From: the human T2T-CHM13v2.0 reference genome, Homo sapiens
DNA length: 64,000 bases
Direction: 5' to 3' (one strand)
Assembly (NCBI RefSeq): GCF_009914755.1
Contig: NC_060926.1
The notes beneath the pieces were generated by a model. It saw nothing but the letters and a program-made list of their open reading frames with translations. It had not been told where the DNA came from and did no database searches. Positions 11,917 through 24,232 of this stretch are shown here, piece after piece (the first letter of the stretch is position 1; each line of letters opens with the position of its first letter). The translations under genes were made by a program, and so were the position numbers.

Positions 11917-12127
11917 TGGAGTTCAGCAAACTGTGGCCCACTGGCCTGTGGCTTGATTTTGTAAATAAAGTCTATTGAGACACAGCCATACCCATTTGCT
12001 TACTGTTTCCTGTGGCTAATTTTGCTGTACAAAGGCAGCATCGAGTAGCTGTGACACAGATGATATTGCCTGCAAAGCCTAAAAGCTTACTCTCTAGCTC
12101 TTTATAGAAAAAGTTTGCCAACTCCTG
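11917..12127 (+). mobile_element. MER58A (hAT-Charlie MITE)
   Basis: ttttgtaaataaag...ctctttatagaaaaagtttgccaactcctg; TSD atctacat/atctaaat. Confidence 0.9.
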
Positions 12128-12242
12128 ATCTAAATCATTTATTTCTTGTATGGTTTATTCACCAGTTGTCATATAGCTTAATCCCAGGAAAATATGAAAT
12201 AAAAGTAACATAAATATATATATTTTTTCATTGTCAAAGTAT

Positions 12243-12430
12243 TTAATAATAGCAAACCCTCAATGAGCACTTGCTGTGTCACTTAGCCATTGAGCTAAGC
12301 ATGTTACCTACGTTATTTCATGAAACCCTGACAAGGCCCCATTTTACTTGAAAAAGAAAGTATTCAGGTTAACGTTATTTCCCAGAATCATGAAGCTGAT
12401 GTGGAGAAATGTAGACCAGCATCAGCTTTC
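12243..12430 (-). mobile_element. MIR
   Basis: taataatagcaaac..atgagcacttgctgtgtc..ccccattttac. Confidence 0.7.
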
Positions 12431-12590
12431 TGTTTGTTTGATTTCATTATTAACTGGATGCTGGGGAGATTGGCACATGGCAGTGGTTTATGTTTGAAAT
12501 GTTTCAGGGCCTGCATTCCCTCAGACTGTCCAAAAGGCAGAGGTGAATGGGCTAATACAGTACAGGATGGGGTAGTAATGGGATCCTTGG

Positions 12591-12952
12591 AGTATTAGTC
12601 ATTTTCATGCTGCTAATAAAGACATACCCAAGACTGGGTAATTTTTAAAGAAAAAGAGGTTTAATGGACTCACAGTTCCACGTGGCTGGGGAGGCCTCAC
12701 AATCATGGTGGAAGGCAAAAGGCACATCTTACGTGGCGGCAGTCAAGAGAGAATGAGAGCCAAGCAAAAAGGGAAACCCTTTATAAAACCGTCAGATCAT
12801 GTGAGACTTATTCACTACCATGAGAACAGTATGGGGGAAACTGCCCCCCATGATTCAATTATTTCTCACCAGGTCCCTCTCACAACACGTGGGGATTGTG
12901 GGAGCTACAGTTCAAGAGTAGATTTGGGTGGGGACACAGCAAAACCGTATCA
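12591..12952 (-). mobile_element. THE1B MaLR solo LTR
   Basis: catgctgctaataaagacatacccaagactggg...gatttgggtggggacacagc..accgtatca; TSD cttgg/cctgg. Confidence 0.93.
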
Positions 12953-13849
12953 CCTGGAAAGTCATAAAAACCTACTGTGGCTCTTATCTTATTATGGTGG
13001 GTTTGAGCATGCCACCATATGGCAGGATTCTTGGTGGCAAAAGGGAATAAGTTGACTAGGAAGAACCAAATTGGGAAATTGGCTGGAGAAATAATGGAAA
13101 GAGCAACAAAAGTGTCCATGCGGCACTCATAGGTCCCAAGAGTCTAAAGAACCTGAAGAAGTCAGATTTGGCAGTGAGGAAATGACAGTCAAGGGACTTG
13201 GAAAGTCAGGCTGGAGGCTTGAAAACCCAGAAGGGGAAACTTGGAAATGAAAGTAAGAAGGCAGAGTCTGTATGGCATAGGTTCGAGAACCCTAAACAAA
13301 GAATCTGGGCAACCAAATATTGAGTTGGAGGCAAAGGGTCTGAGAGGATAGTTACAGGGGAAGAAGTGAGAATGCAGCTTGCTGGGAACTTGGCATTGTG
13401 AGGACCCATTGCCTAAGGGCCAGAACCAGACTCTCAGAGTGCAAGACTCCAATTCTGATGGTAGAGGGAATTTTGTCTACCTGGCTACCTAGGGGAGAAA
13501 GAGAAGGCAATTCTTGACAGGTACTAAAAGAAAACCAAGTCTCCAAGTTTATCGTCTCTCTGGCCAACTGGCTTTGTCTTTCCCTTCATACCTGTTCCTC
13601 TTTCTCTCCTCTGTATTTATGACATATGCCTCAACTACCCAAGTTTGGTTTACTGACACCATTTTTAACTCCTTCTCCTTCAGCAACCCCCAAGACCTCA
13701 CCAGCACTTGCCAACCCAGCCAGAATATCATACATCCTACTCATGTTTCCTGGTCATGGCCAAGTTCCCTTTTCCCAGTTCATTTTCTCACATCATTGGA
13801 ATTGCCTGGAATGGCTTTACCCAATTTTGCCACCTGAAAAAATATGAAG

Positions 13850-14585
13850 TTATCTGACAGGGCCAGCCCAAATGTCTCTTCCTCTCAGTAGCATTTTCAG
13901 ACTTCCCCAACCTTTGGGAAGAATCGACTCCATATTTTCTATGCTCATAGTGTTTCTTACATAGAACTTTTATAAAGGATTTATGGTTCCTCAATACTCT
14001 TCAAATAAAGACAAAACCTTGATGTGGTCTTCTGGTTCCTACGTAGGTGTCACCCCACCTCACCAGTCTTGCCCTAGACCTCTTCTGACCTTGACAGAGC
14101 TTTCTTCTGCCTAAAAGGCTCGTTCTCTTCTTGCCTTGTTAATCTCTAGTTTTCTTTCAGATCTTGGCCAGGGAGCGCCTTCCCTGAATTCTGTGACTAG
14201 ATCAAATCTCCCATTTTAGGCTCTCATAGTTCCCTGGGCCTCATCTTCATAGTCCTGTAGCAGAGGCAGTTTTATTGTTTGTGCAATTATTTGATTGGCC
14301 GCCTTCTCCATGTGTTGTATATGCCAAGAGTTGAGGAAACGTTCCTGTTGTTGCTGGCCTGTATTTCTTTTTCCCCAGCCCAATGCTTGGCTCCGAGCGG
14401 GTACTGAGCACACAGTGGGATGAATAAATCAATAAATCAATGCAGTATTTGTTTGCTTTTGGGTCTTTCTCTTTCTCCCGCTAGAGAGCTCCTGGGAGGC
14501 AGGGCTGTAACTTAGTCCTTTAGCTCCTCAGTGTGTACCATAGTACCTGCCCCAGGGTAGGTTCTCAGTGTATTTCGAATGACAT
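13850..14585 (+). mobile_element. L2 fragments (two 3' ends, probably nested)
   Basis: 3' end at about 14440 (gatgaataaatcaataaatcaat) and a second at about 14585 (gagctcctgggaggcaggg..atagtacctgcccag). Confidence 0.65.
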
Positions 14586-16019
14586 TATATTCCATTTCAG
14601 TGTCACAAATTAGCCTGCAGTTTGATCAACAGTTGTATCTAAGTGCTTCTTTGATCACAAAGGTGCAAAACAAGAAAATGTCATGAAGAAAATGTGTCCC
14701 CATGGGCTTTTCTTTCTTCTACTTATTTCTTTTCATCATCCCATGTCCTCTACAACTTATCTGTCACTAATAGTGCTCTTCTTCCATCCTTGACACTCCG
14801 GTCATCCAAGGAGCATCCTCAGTGAGTGGCTTTTTCTCCTTCTCTTGACCTTCAACTTTCAGGATTTCTTTCCTAATAATTTTATTAAAATCACATTTCT
14901 GGATCTCCTTCTCCTACTCCTCCATCCTAAGGCTTTTGCTACATCATGGAGACCATTATTTGCTTTCTTAATTTTGTCAACTTAACTTTACCCTCATCCT
15001 CCCACATAGATTTCCTTCAAGAAATCAAAGGATAGTATCAAGAGAGTACCAAGAATGAGAAAAAGCACTGTGTTCTTCTATTTGAAGCAAAATAATTTTA
15101 AAGGAAAATGTAGGAGGAATAGATTTTTTGTTCTATTTTAAAGCAGAAGGTGGGCAACTTCTGCTGTTCTTTGTGTTTGAAGCAACAGAAGAAAGTAACA
15201 GATGCAATTAAGATTTTTGATAGTTAGGTTGTGAAACATGGCATGAATCGTTTACTCTCTAATCTCAGAATGCCCTCCTGCTGAATAAGGGAGTGAGCCT
15301 AGACCAGTCTTTGAACTCATGCCAGGGTCTCAGGGGACCCCACAGGCTCATGCAAGAGGTGACAGGTGACTCCTGGGACCCTCCAGGCTCCATTCGAGCT
15401 TCGATGAGAGAGGAGTTCTGGTGTAGTTTGTTTGATTCCTGCCCTCTTTTCAATGCTTAGCCTAGTGTCTGGAGCATAGATATTTGTTGAATGAATGACA
15501 CCATCTTATATATTGGAATTTCTTGTAATATTTTATTTGAAGGGAAAAAAGTTTTATTGATTAAAAAAAAAGGTGTGAGAACCACTGGACTAAATGCTCT
15601 GTAGAACTCCCTGTGCTTTAAAAACAATTCTATGATGTTTAGAACATCAATTATATAAAAGTAAGCAATATGATAGCCTTGAGATAAAATACCCTGAATC
15701 ATTATGCAAGATAGCTTTTCTTCATTTCAGAATCATAATCAATAAAATATGTGTAAAAAATCTTAAAGTAAAACAACTGAGCACTTAGACAATAATTCAA
15801 TATATAGTCTATTGTCTTGCCTTCTATTCCTTTCAGCTTCAAGCCTACCTTCCCCAGGAGTTTCCAGGAACCACACAAAAGCAGGTCTCTTGCCTCATGT
15901 CATTTATGTTCTTAGTTCTGAATCATTCATCCTGACATATCTCTTATCACCTCCCAACTCCTCATAGGATCTGGCAGTACCACATGCCCCACCATGATCA
16001 TTGGATGCACTTTGCTATA

Positions 16020-16403
16020 TGATATGGTTTGGCTGTGTGTTCCCACCCAAATCTCATGTTGAATTGCAATTCCCAGTGTTGGGGGAGGGACCTGGTGGGA
16101 GGTGATTGGATCATGGAGGCGGATTTCACCCATGCTCTTCTCATGATAGTGAGTGAGTACTCATGAGATCTGATGGTTTTAAAGTGTGTGGAACTTCTGC
16201 CCTTTCTCTGTCTCTCTCCTGCCACAATGTGAAAAAGGTGCTTGCTTCCCGTTTGCCAGAAGTCCTGATTGTAAGTTTCCTAAGGCCTCTCAGTCATGCT
16301 TCCTGTCAAGCCTGTGGAACTGTGAGTCAATTAAACCTCTTTTCTTCATAAACTACCCGGTCTCTTGTAGTTCTTTGTAGCAATGTGAAAACAGAGTAAT
16401 ATG
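16020..16403 (+). mobile_element. THE1D/MSTA-type MaLR solo LTR
   Basis: tgatatggtttggctgtgtg..cccacccaaatctcatg...gaactgtgagtcaattaaacctcttttcttcataaa. Confidence 0.92.
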
Positions 16404-16891
16404 CTGTGTGAAAATGCATCCTTCTGGTTACACTTTCTCCGGTGTGATATTCTGCTCACTATGATCCTGCTCAAAGAACCACTAACCTGGTAGAGACTGT
16501 TGAAAGATGTTTTGCCTCATTAACTGTGGCATCTCAGACACCACAAAACATCAGGTCTTGGACATCACATTTCCAAGATCACTCCAGAAGTGACCCAGGA
16601 AATATAAGGATTGACATGTAGTTCCTGTGTTTAGCTAACACAGCACTCACAGACAAAGCCACCCCTGAGATGTGTAACAGATGGTGGTGACAGTACTGTC
16701 TATATGCTCTCATGGCCTGGTCCTGTGGCTTAAGGTGTTTCTTCCTGCAGACTTCACATGTAAATATTTGCATCAGTTATCTTTGCGAGTAACACAGTCA
16801 TTTTTCCTTTTGGTGGATTTTTTAAATGAGTGGATATATTTTGTGGAGCCTAAGCGTCAGATTCTCAGTAATACAGTGAGTCTCAGCCTGA

Positions 16892-17441
16892 TGGAAGTGG
16901 AATCAGTGTCATTTTCATCTTCCTTGTATCTCCTTGCTTCTTATTTTCCACTCTCCTTTTGAGAACTTCCCCCCATCCCATGTGGCTGCAGGGGCTGTCA
17001 GTCATAATCCCTGTCCTTTCACACAATATGCAGCCGTGGGAAGGCTATATGACTCAGCCCTGCCACTTTATTGTAATCCACTGCCATGGAAATGGGGATG
17101 AGTTTGTAAGCTGGGTACATGACCAATCAGGGCCAGCCAAAGACCTTTCCTGGGACTGGTAACTGAATGCTATTACAAATACACTTCTCATTCTGTCAGA
17201 TGTCTGCACCTGGACGCTGTGGGCTTGGGGTTGCCAAGGGGTTTCTCTCCATCAAACAGGAGACCATCTGCCAGAAGAGACCAACACTCAGAAAGAAGCA
17301 GAACTGAGAGGTGGAGACCTGAGAACCTCATTTTACTGCAGATTTCATCTACCCACATTATGTGAGCTAGTAAATTCTCTTTTTTGTTTAAACTATGTTA
17401 GATTTCTGTCACTTGCAAACAAAAGTAGTTTGGCCAACACA
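16892..17441 (+). mobile_element. MLT1K/L-type MaLR 5' LTR
   Basis: tgggtacatgaccaatcagggcca; 3' end gtttaaacta..gatttctgtcacttgcaaac..aacaca. Confidence 0.75.
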
Positions 17442-18849
17442 GAAACTGGCATTGCCAGTGACAGACCTTACACTGTGGAACTACCTGTGTTGAGACGAAG
17501 TAGAAAACTGAGAGTCATCCACCATCCCAGGCTGGGAAGATCAAATATTTACCATGCCCTAGCTCAGTAGCTAACTCATTATCACCTCTGGGATTTTAGG
17601 ACTCAGACTATGAGCCTACCAAGTCTGGAGTTTCAGAGGATTTGCTAGAAAAATATCAGAATAATAAAGAGTGTTGCCTCTTTTCGCAGTATTCACTATT
17701 GCTCTGAAAAAAGGGACAGGTTGGTGGGTTAAAAGCAGAGAAAGAATAGCAGACATCTGTTGATTGCCAGAAAGCCAAGACCACTAAGGGCAAGAGAATC
17801 ATGTATTTGTGGAATTGCAAATGTCAAAATATCTGTCTAATTTTTAATTCAATGCAGAGAAAGACAGGAGATTATATTGAAACCAGAGAAAGGTCAGAGA
17901 ATACAGAAACTCCTCCCAAATACTTCCTGCGCTGTGTCACTCCTGCTAAATAAAGGTCATAATTACCCCTATACAAAGACCTCATCCAATGGGATACAGC
18001 CTGGCCAGCCAAGGACAGATTAGCTCTGCCTCACCACTCCAATTTATTGTTTCATATAGTCCTAAAGCAGTGACCAAGACTGACACATAAAACAGAGAGC
18101 TAGGAGCATGGGCAGAGAACCAAGATTCGTTGCTAAGAGACAGAAACTTGAAAGACAGGATTCAGATTTACAAATTGTGACTGGCCAAGATTGCTGGCAT
18201 TGGTTCCAAGCTAATAGAGTTTTCCTAGAATTGATTCCATTAACAACTTACTGGGGTTTTAAAAGGTTATGCTATCTGAGAAATCTCATGTCTAGAAAGT
18301 GACCTGGGATTGCTCAACCCCTAGGGCAATTCCCAGGCCTCCATAACCATGCCTTCAGTATTAGGCTACTAAAGAGACCCTAGCATATCCCTCTATACAC
18401 ATCTCAAGGGCAGCCTTAGAGTTAAATGGCCAAGGGAGAGCCTCCTTGTAAGCAGGACTAGGGATGGAATTGGCTCCCGTTGCAGCCCTAGGGGCATGCA
18501 TTCTTATGACACACGTCCAGCAGGATACGGCATGTGGTATTTATATTCTTTCCTCTTCTCTACTCACCAAATGGCAGTCTCCATTGTTATTCTGTCTTCC
18601 TCTGCTATTTTATACTGGGTATGTTGAGGGTAGTTAACTTTGTCATTGAGCCCTAGGTTCTACTGTTGTGAGAAACTATCTGGATGTAGTCAGGGCAAGG
18701 TACATGATCCAGATATGCCAAACTGGGATGTGATTTTGGGTTGTGTCTCTTTAGGGAGAAGGTGATCAAATCCTCAGGTGAGGGCACCTTTGAAATTATC
18801 TGTATTGGGTAAAGATTAAATGTGCATGCTGGGAGAGCAAGGGGTGGAA
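17442..18849 (+). mobile_element. MLT1-type MaLR internal sequence
   Basis: Begins gaaactgg directly after the LTR, ends in purine-rich gggagagcaaggggtggaa before the second LTR; resembles recalled MLT1-int segments. Confidence 0.6.
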
Positions 18850-19438
18850 TATAGTGGGCATCTGTTTTTGCCATCCTGGGATGTCTTCACCCTTTTTCTA
18901 GCAATAACTCCTCTCATTTTCCTGGGGGGAAATTGTCCCTTCTCATTCCAAGTAGTGTTAATGGAGCTCTTGGCCAAAGTACTCTCTGGCCACAGGGATG
19001 GGCAGGCATTGTAGCCTTCCTTTTAGAAATAATCATTGGTCCAAGGAGTGGGTACATGATCAAGCAGTCAACCAAGAGTCCTTCTCTCAGATTATTATAT
19101 GGGCTCTTGGAGAAATAAAGTTACTCTTTCTTCTGGAATTTTAGTATCAGAATGTTCTAGGACTGGGGTTACAGTGGTCACTTTCCCCACCAAATTGAGA
19201 GAAACGTTTATAGAAAGAAAGAAAGAGAAGCAGAGGTGAGAGAGGGAGGGAGAAAAAGAGAAGAAAAGAAATCCCAAGAGAGAGAGACAGACCTAGACTT
19301 AATGACTGCATTTAAGTCCCAGTCATTTCTGAAAAATGCTATATCCCCAACTTCTTAGTTACATAAGCCAATACATTTTCTATTCGTTTAAGCTAGTTTG
19401 AGTTTCTGCTGCTTGAAACTGAGTATCCTGACTAACCG
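18850..19438 (+). mobile_element. MLT1K/L-type MaLR 3' LTR
   Basis: tgggtacatgatcaagcag; agttacataagccaatacattttc..gtttaagctagtttgagtttctg..cctgactaa. Confidence 0.75.
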
Positions 19439-19619
19439 AATTGGCCATTGTGTATATAAATCCAGGAAGCCCCTTCTGAAGATTATATGAGGGATCTTAA
19501 TAGTACTTTTGTTATGCCAAGTAGTATGAAGGTTACCACTTACTACCACACTTAGATTATTGGGTCAGATAGCTGCTCTACCTGAGTAATGCATATACGC
19601 AAATAACTTGTACTGAATC

Positions 19620-19930
19620 GATATCATCTTGCTAATGAAACTCTACTAAGGACTCTAGAACCTTCCATGATGAACCTTTTTGAACTAGGGAGGTCAGCAA
19701 TCTAGACCATCAATTGAATCATGTATATGGCCAGAAGATTGGTTCATCTTACAGGCACCTCCTGAGACTCAGGATGAACTTAGGCAAGTAGGAGAAGAAG
19801 ACTCTTCAGAGACTCATCTAAGCAAATCCACTAATACTACAAGAAGCTGTTACTACCATAGTACAGCCAACAACTTTGTGCCTGAAACTCTTTGTACTAG
19901 GGAACCCCAAGCCCACTTACAGGACATTAG
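19620..19930 (+). mobile_element. Possible ERVL internal (pol) remnant
   Basis: Weak similarity to recalled ERVL-int segment (ccttccatgatgaac..cagcaatctagaccatcaattgaatcatgtatat). Confidence 0.3.
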
Positions 19931-20199
19931 AAATGGGCAAGCTTGCCAGGCATGGATCCGTTTTCTCTCTTGGCTTATCATAGCTTATTGCCATTATATA
20001 TTCTGTGTGTCGGGTCTCCTTTCAGAGACACACAGTGGGTAGGTCCCATGGAATTATGGTATTTTATTAACCAACTAGAACAATTGTTAACCTACTCTAA
20101 GACTGGACAGAGATGTTTGACCAGTATCTGCTGCTGTAACAGGATGTAAGCTTTCAGCTATAATCCACTGTTGTAGTGCCAGTGTGGTGGCAAGTTTTA

Positions 20200-20932
20200 G
20201 GGAAGAGGGAGTGTTCTATAATCTTCCAATTGAATCTCAGCCTTTTAGCCCATCTGAGTCTTGGAACTGTGACCCTCCCCAGTGTTTCCCCATAGATGTA
20301 TCTTTCGCTCCCTCCAGACCAGTCCTTTCCAATCTATTTTCTTGAAGCTCTGGCTGTTGATTGTGTCTTTTTCTTAGGTGAGACAGGAAGGCTAGGGAAG
20401 GCTGGGATGGGAGTAATGACCTTCCCCTAGCTGGGATAAGGCGCTGGCAAAGTCTTTTTTCCTTAGATAGTAGGCTTTTATTATGGAGAAGGCTCTGGAG
20501 TGTTTCACCACATGAATCTTCTCCGCCCCAGAGCCTAGAGGTCATCTTTCTCAGATCTTCATCTTGAGAACCTGTGGGATTCTTAGAAAGAAAGCCCATG
20601 AAGGTGTGGGGGCCATGTCTAAGACTGTGACCCCACCCCCCAGGGGTTTCTCACTCCCTATTACTCCACACTCAGCCTCCAGAATCCATCAAAATGACCA
20701 TTTAAGTGTTCCTACCAATTCAGGGCTTCAGCAGCTTCTGTTCCAGAGAAGCAGATCTTGGTTATGTCTCTCTGGATGCCCTGACTGTCCAGATTTCTTG
20801 GTGGCAGTTTGTTCTGCAACTTCAGTTCCCTGGAAGGTCGAAGAAAAGTAATCAATTTTCAGTTTGCTCAGTTTTTTCTTGTCACATAAACAATAGTGTT
20901 GAGCTTTACATGTTGAAGCTGAGGCTGACATC
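20200..20932 (-). mobile_element. Ancient L1 (L1M4/L1MC-type) 5' UTR including the 5' terminus
   Basis: ggtggcagtttgttctgcaacttcagttc..gaagaaaagtaatcaattttcagtttgctcag..ctttacatgttgaagctga matches the antisense of recalled L1MC 5' ends. Confidence 0.7.
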
Positions 20933-21598
20933 ATGTCACAAGGTGAATTTCTGTTTGTCAGTTCCTTCTTGGTCCTCCAACCCTTATCCCCTTCCATGGT
21001 TGCCACACAGCAGGAAGAAAAGGCACATGGCCACAATCTTCACACCTTATGCTAATGATTCGTGGGGTCCCTGGGAGCCAGACACTTAGGTCAAGGAAGT
21101 CAAGTGTTGTTTCTCAGTTCAACACTCTGTCTGCACTGGCTATAAACCAGGGCACTATCAATCTCTTAAATTTCCTTCAACACTTGTCAAGTTACATCAC
21201 TTGTTAATGAGTCAAAACATCTTTCACCACAGCTCCAATTCTGTGTGATAGTAATTTTACCCACAAATCATTCCTCTCACTCCCGGTTTGCCACAGTCTT
21301 CAATGGGTAAATTTCTCTGCCATTTTTGTTATTGTAAAGCTCTAGGCTTGGAAAGAAATATAGCAGCACAGATTACAAAGAGACCAAACAATTTGAATAT
21401 TTTAACTTTGTGATTGCTCAGCAAGGTCTATATGACCTGAGAGCATTTGGAGGAAGTATAATGCCTGAGATGTCTTGAAATGATATGAACTTCCCATTAC
21501 ACTCAAGGGTGTATTCAGCCCTTAGACTCTGCAGTGCCCCCATCATGACGTTTTCAAACACGTTACAGGATGTGGAGTTTTAGGGGAAGAGGCAATCT

Positions 21599-21614
21599 AT
21601 TGGTGACGTATTGG
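21599..21614. promoter_or_regulatory. ATTGG-TGACGT-ATTGG module (two CCAAT boxes flanking a CRE core)
   Basis: Exact sequence attggtgacgtattgg in unique DNA with locally retained CpGs; function inferred only. Confidence 0.35.
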
Positions 21615-22782
21615 TGTAACGGGAAGGCAAGATCAAATTGCAATTTTCTGTAGATGAAATTCAGTTTCAATCATTGTAGTCTTGTCTGTCAGCTATCGTG
21701 GTTGAAATGAAACTCAATGCGTGTGATTTGAGCATCATTCTACCGTCACATGGGTTGATGGCTAACACATTTTCCAATTTTTCTGAATATTAGAAAAATA
21801 CAAAAAAAAAAAGTGGAGGAAAACCATTATTTTATATTTTAACCCTTAAATCTCCATATCTCCTTCTTTAATTTAAATGGTTAATTGTAAGCATTTTCAA
21901 AACTTAGTCGCTAAACTATCAGGAACAGTTTCAAATCATTGTGGCTGTATTTCACATTAGTACATTTCGCATGGAGAATAAAAAGTACTGAAAATATTGC
22001 TCAAGTCTCTTTATTCACCACAAGGTAAAAAGCTGAAATATACCCATGATGATAGTAATCTGAATGAGCACACAGTTTACAGAGTATATGATTAGAAGCC
22101 TGGGTCTGGCTCATATGTGAGGAGCAGTTTTATCCTAAGCTAGGATGTGAGAGTTATCTTCTGTCACTCCTTCAATCCCAAACTGAAACATGAATCAGAC
22201 GAGAACTCATTTGTTCCCTACTGCAAGCCACTGGACAGGCTTGTGAGTTAAAACTGTGATTTATAAATAAAATTATATATTGTTGGTATTGCTCTATAAT
22301 TTTACCTATACCTAACCATGGAGCCTTCTGTCTACCTACTTAGTTGTTTGCCACCCTAGTTAGTAATATGCAGTGTGATTTGGGTTCAAGGATGAGTAAG
22401 AATGATGGCTTGGATTGAGTTCAAGAACTTCTTTTTCATAAGTGTTTTTACCTAAACAAGGGAAAGACTTGGGTGGTTGGCCACAATTCCCCATTCTGCC
22501 CGCACTTATCATGGAAATACAGCTGTGGTTGGTGGTCTTTGGCTGTGTGGATGAAGTGAGATGCCCACCGGGCCAGAGAAGCATGGACTCCACCTTTTAT
22601 ACCCATGGCCATCATTTTACCCAGAAGCAACTTAACCTACCATACAAAGCAACAATTCTGCTGCTCAGGATTAATATAGATTCTAGGCCTTGGATTTTTG
22701 TTGTACCAGGACTGGGGTAAATGCCACTTAACTACACCTGCATTAGAGAGTTGAGGAATCCCACGCATGTCCACTTGGGGAC

Positions 22783-23165
22783 TGTCTTAGTGCATTTTGC
22801 ATTCTTATAAAGGAATACATGAGGCTGGATATTTATAAAGAAAAGGAATTTGTTTGGCTTATAGTTCTGCTTTAGATGAGGGCTTCAGGGAGCTTCTACT
22901 CATGGCAGAAGGTAAAGGAAAGCAAGCATCACACGGCAAGAGAGGAAGGAAGAGAGAGAGGGAGGAAGGTGCCAGGCTCTTCTTAACAGCCAGTTGTCAT
23001 GGGAATTAAGAGTAAGAACTCACTCACTATTCCGAGGATGGCACCAAGACATTCATGAGGAACCTGTCCCCGTGGCCCAAACACTTCCCATCAGGTCCTA
23101 TCTATAACATTGGGAATCAAATTTTGATATGAGATTTGGAAGCGACAAATATCCAAACTCTATCA
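22783..23165 (-). mobile_element. MSTB/MSTB1 MaLR solo LTR
   Basis: tgtcttagt..ataaaggaatacatgaggctgg...gatggcaccaag..attcatgagg..atatccaaactctatca; TSD gggac/aggac. Confidence 0.9.
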
Positions 23166-23484
23166 AGGACTTTCCCTGGGCTGCTACAGGCATGGCCTAT
23201 GATAACTATTAACAAATACATGTGGTGCTTTCAAGGAGGAGCTCAGTTCTTCTCCTTTCAACTACTTAAGCTCTACCCAAGCATCCATCTTCACATTCAG
23301 TGCTTGAGAACAAGCTTGACTTGCAGTTGCTGCCAACTGAGACAACTCCTCCAGAGATTCCATCTTAAAAAGGACATGTTTTTCTCAATAGCATCAACAT
23401 CATCTTCATTCATGTCTTGGCACTTCTCTAGGAAAGCATGTAGCTTAATACTGTACAGAAATAGACTGGCCTCCCACTGGACAT

Positions 23485-24010
23485 AGGTGACATCTTGGTC
23501 ACTCCCTCAAATTCCTCTTGGCTCCAACCAGTGCTGTAGAGGATTTGACCATCTTCAGGCAGTTGCAGCTAGACAGTAACTCACTTTAGGCCTGTGCCAA
23601 ATATTTCTCGCTTTTTTGCCTTGAGTCTTCTCTGATGTTGCAGCATGGAAATCCCAGAAACTGGCCTGGAACTCCTGTATGTTTAACCTGGAAATTCAGG
23701 GAGTGCTTGGGACCATTCTTGACTACTGGGGAACAGAAGCCATTGGTAAATGCCTCCCTCTTTGATCCTCTGGATAGATGGTCTGAGCCATATTTGCAAG
23801 GATCTTCAGAAGGTCTTGGTGGGCTCAAACACCAGTTGCCTACAGTCAATCAATAGTCTTCATATCAACTCCTTATACTGGCTTTCCCTCCTTCCCATTT
23901 CCACTATCCTTGCCTTGCAGTCCTGCTCCCTAAGGTCACATTCAGAAATTAACTACACTCAAGCAAACCTTTGTCTCAGGCTCTAATTTCAGGGAAACCC
24001 ATGATAAGGT
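23485..24010 (+). mobile_element. LTR16/LTR41-type ERVL solo LTR
   Basis: tggctttccctccttccc..aactacactcaagcaaacctttgtctcaggctct..gggaaaccca. Confidence 0.75.
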
Positions 24011-24232
24011 ACATTGATACAAGGATCCAAATTGGACCCTTTGAGTCTCGTGTTAAGATGCCAACTTTTCCATCTCTGTATCATCTGTTTTCTGGAAAGT
24101 AAGAATCTCCTTTCAGTATCATTGAGTTGTCTACCATAGGACCCTTGTGGAAAATCTTCAGAAAGAAATAACATATGAAATGTGGTTGAGAGGAAATAAC
24201 CTTGACGGGAATAAACTAAAGGGTGTGATGAC

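Noticed and set aside
13000-13500. Purine-rich block that may be an old LTR (similar blocks at 32500-32770 and 40330-40650)
   Set aside because: Could not assign a family from sequence alone
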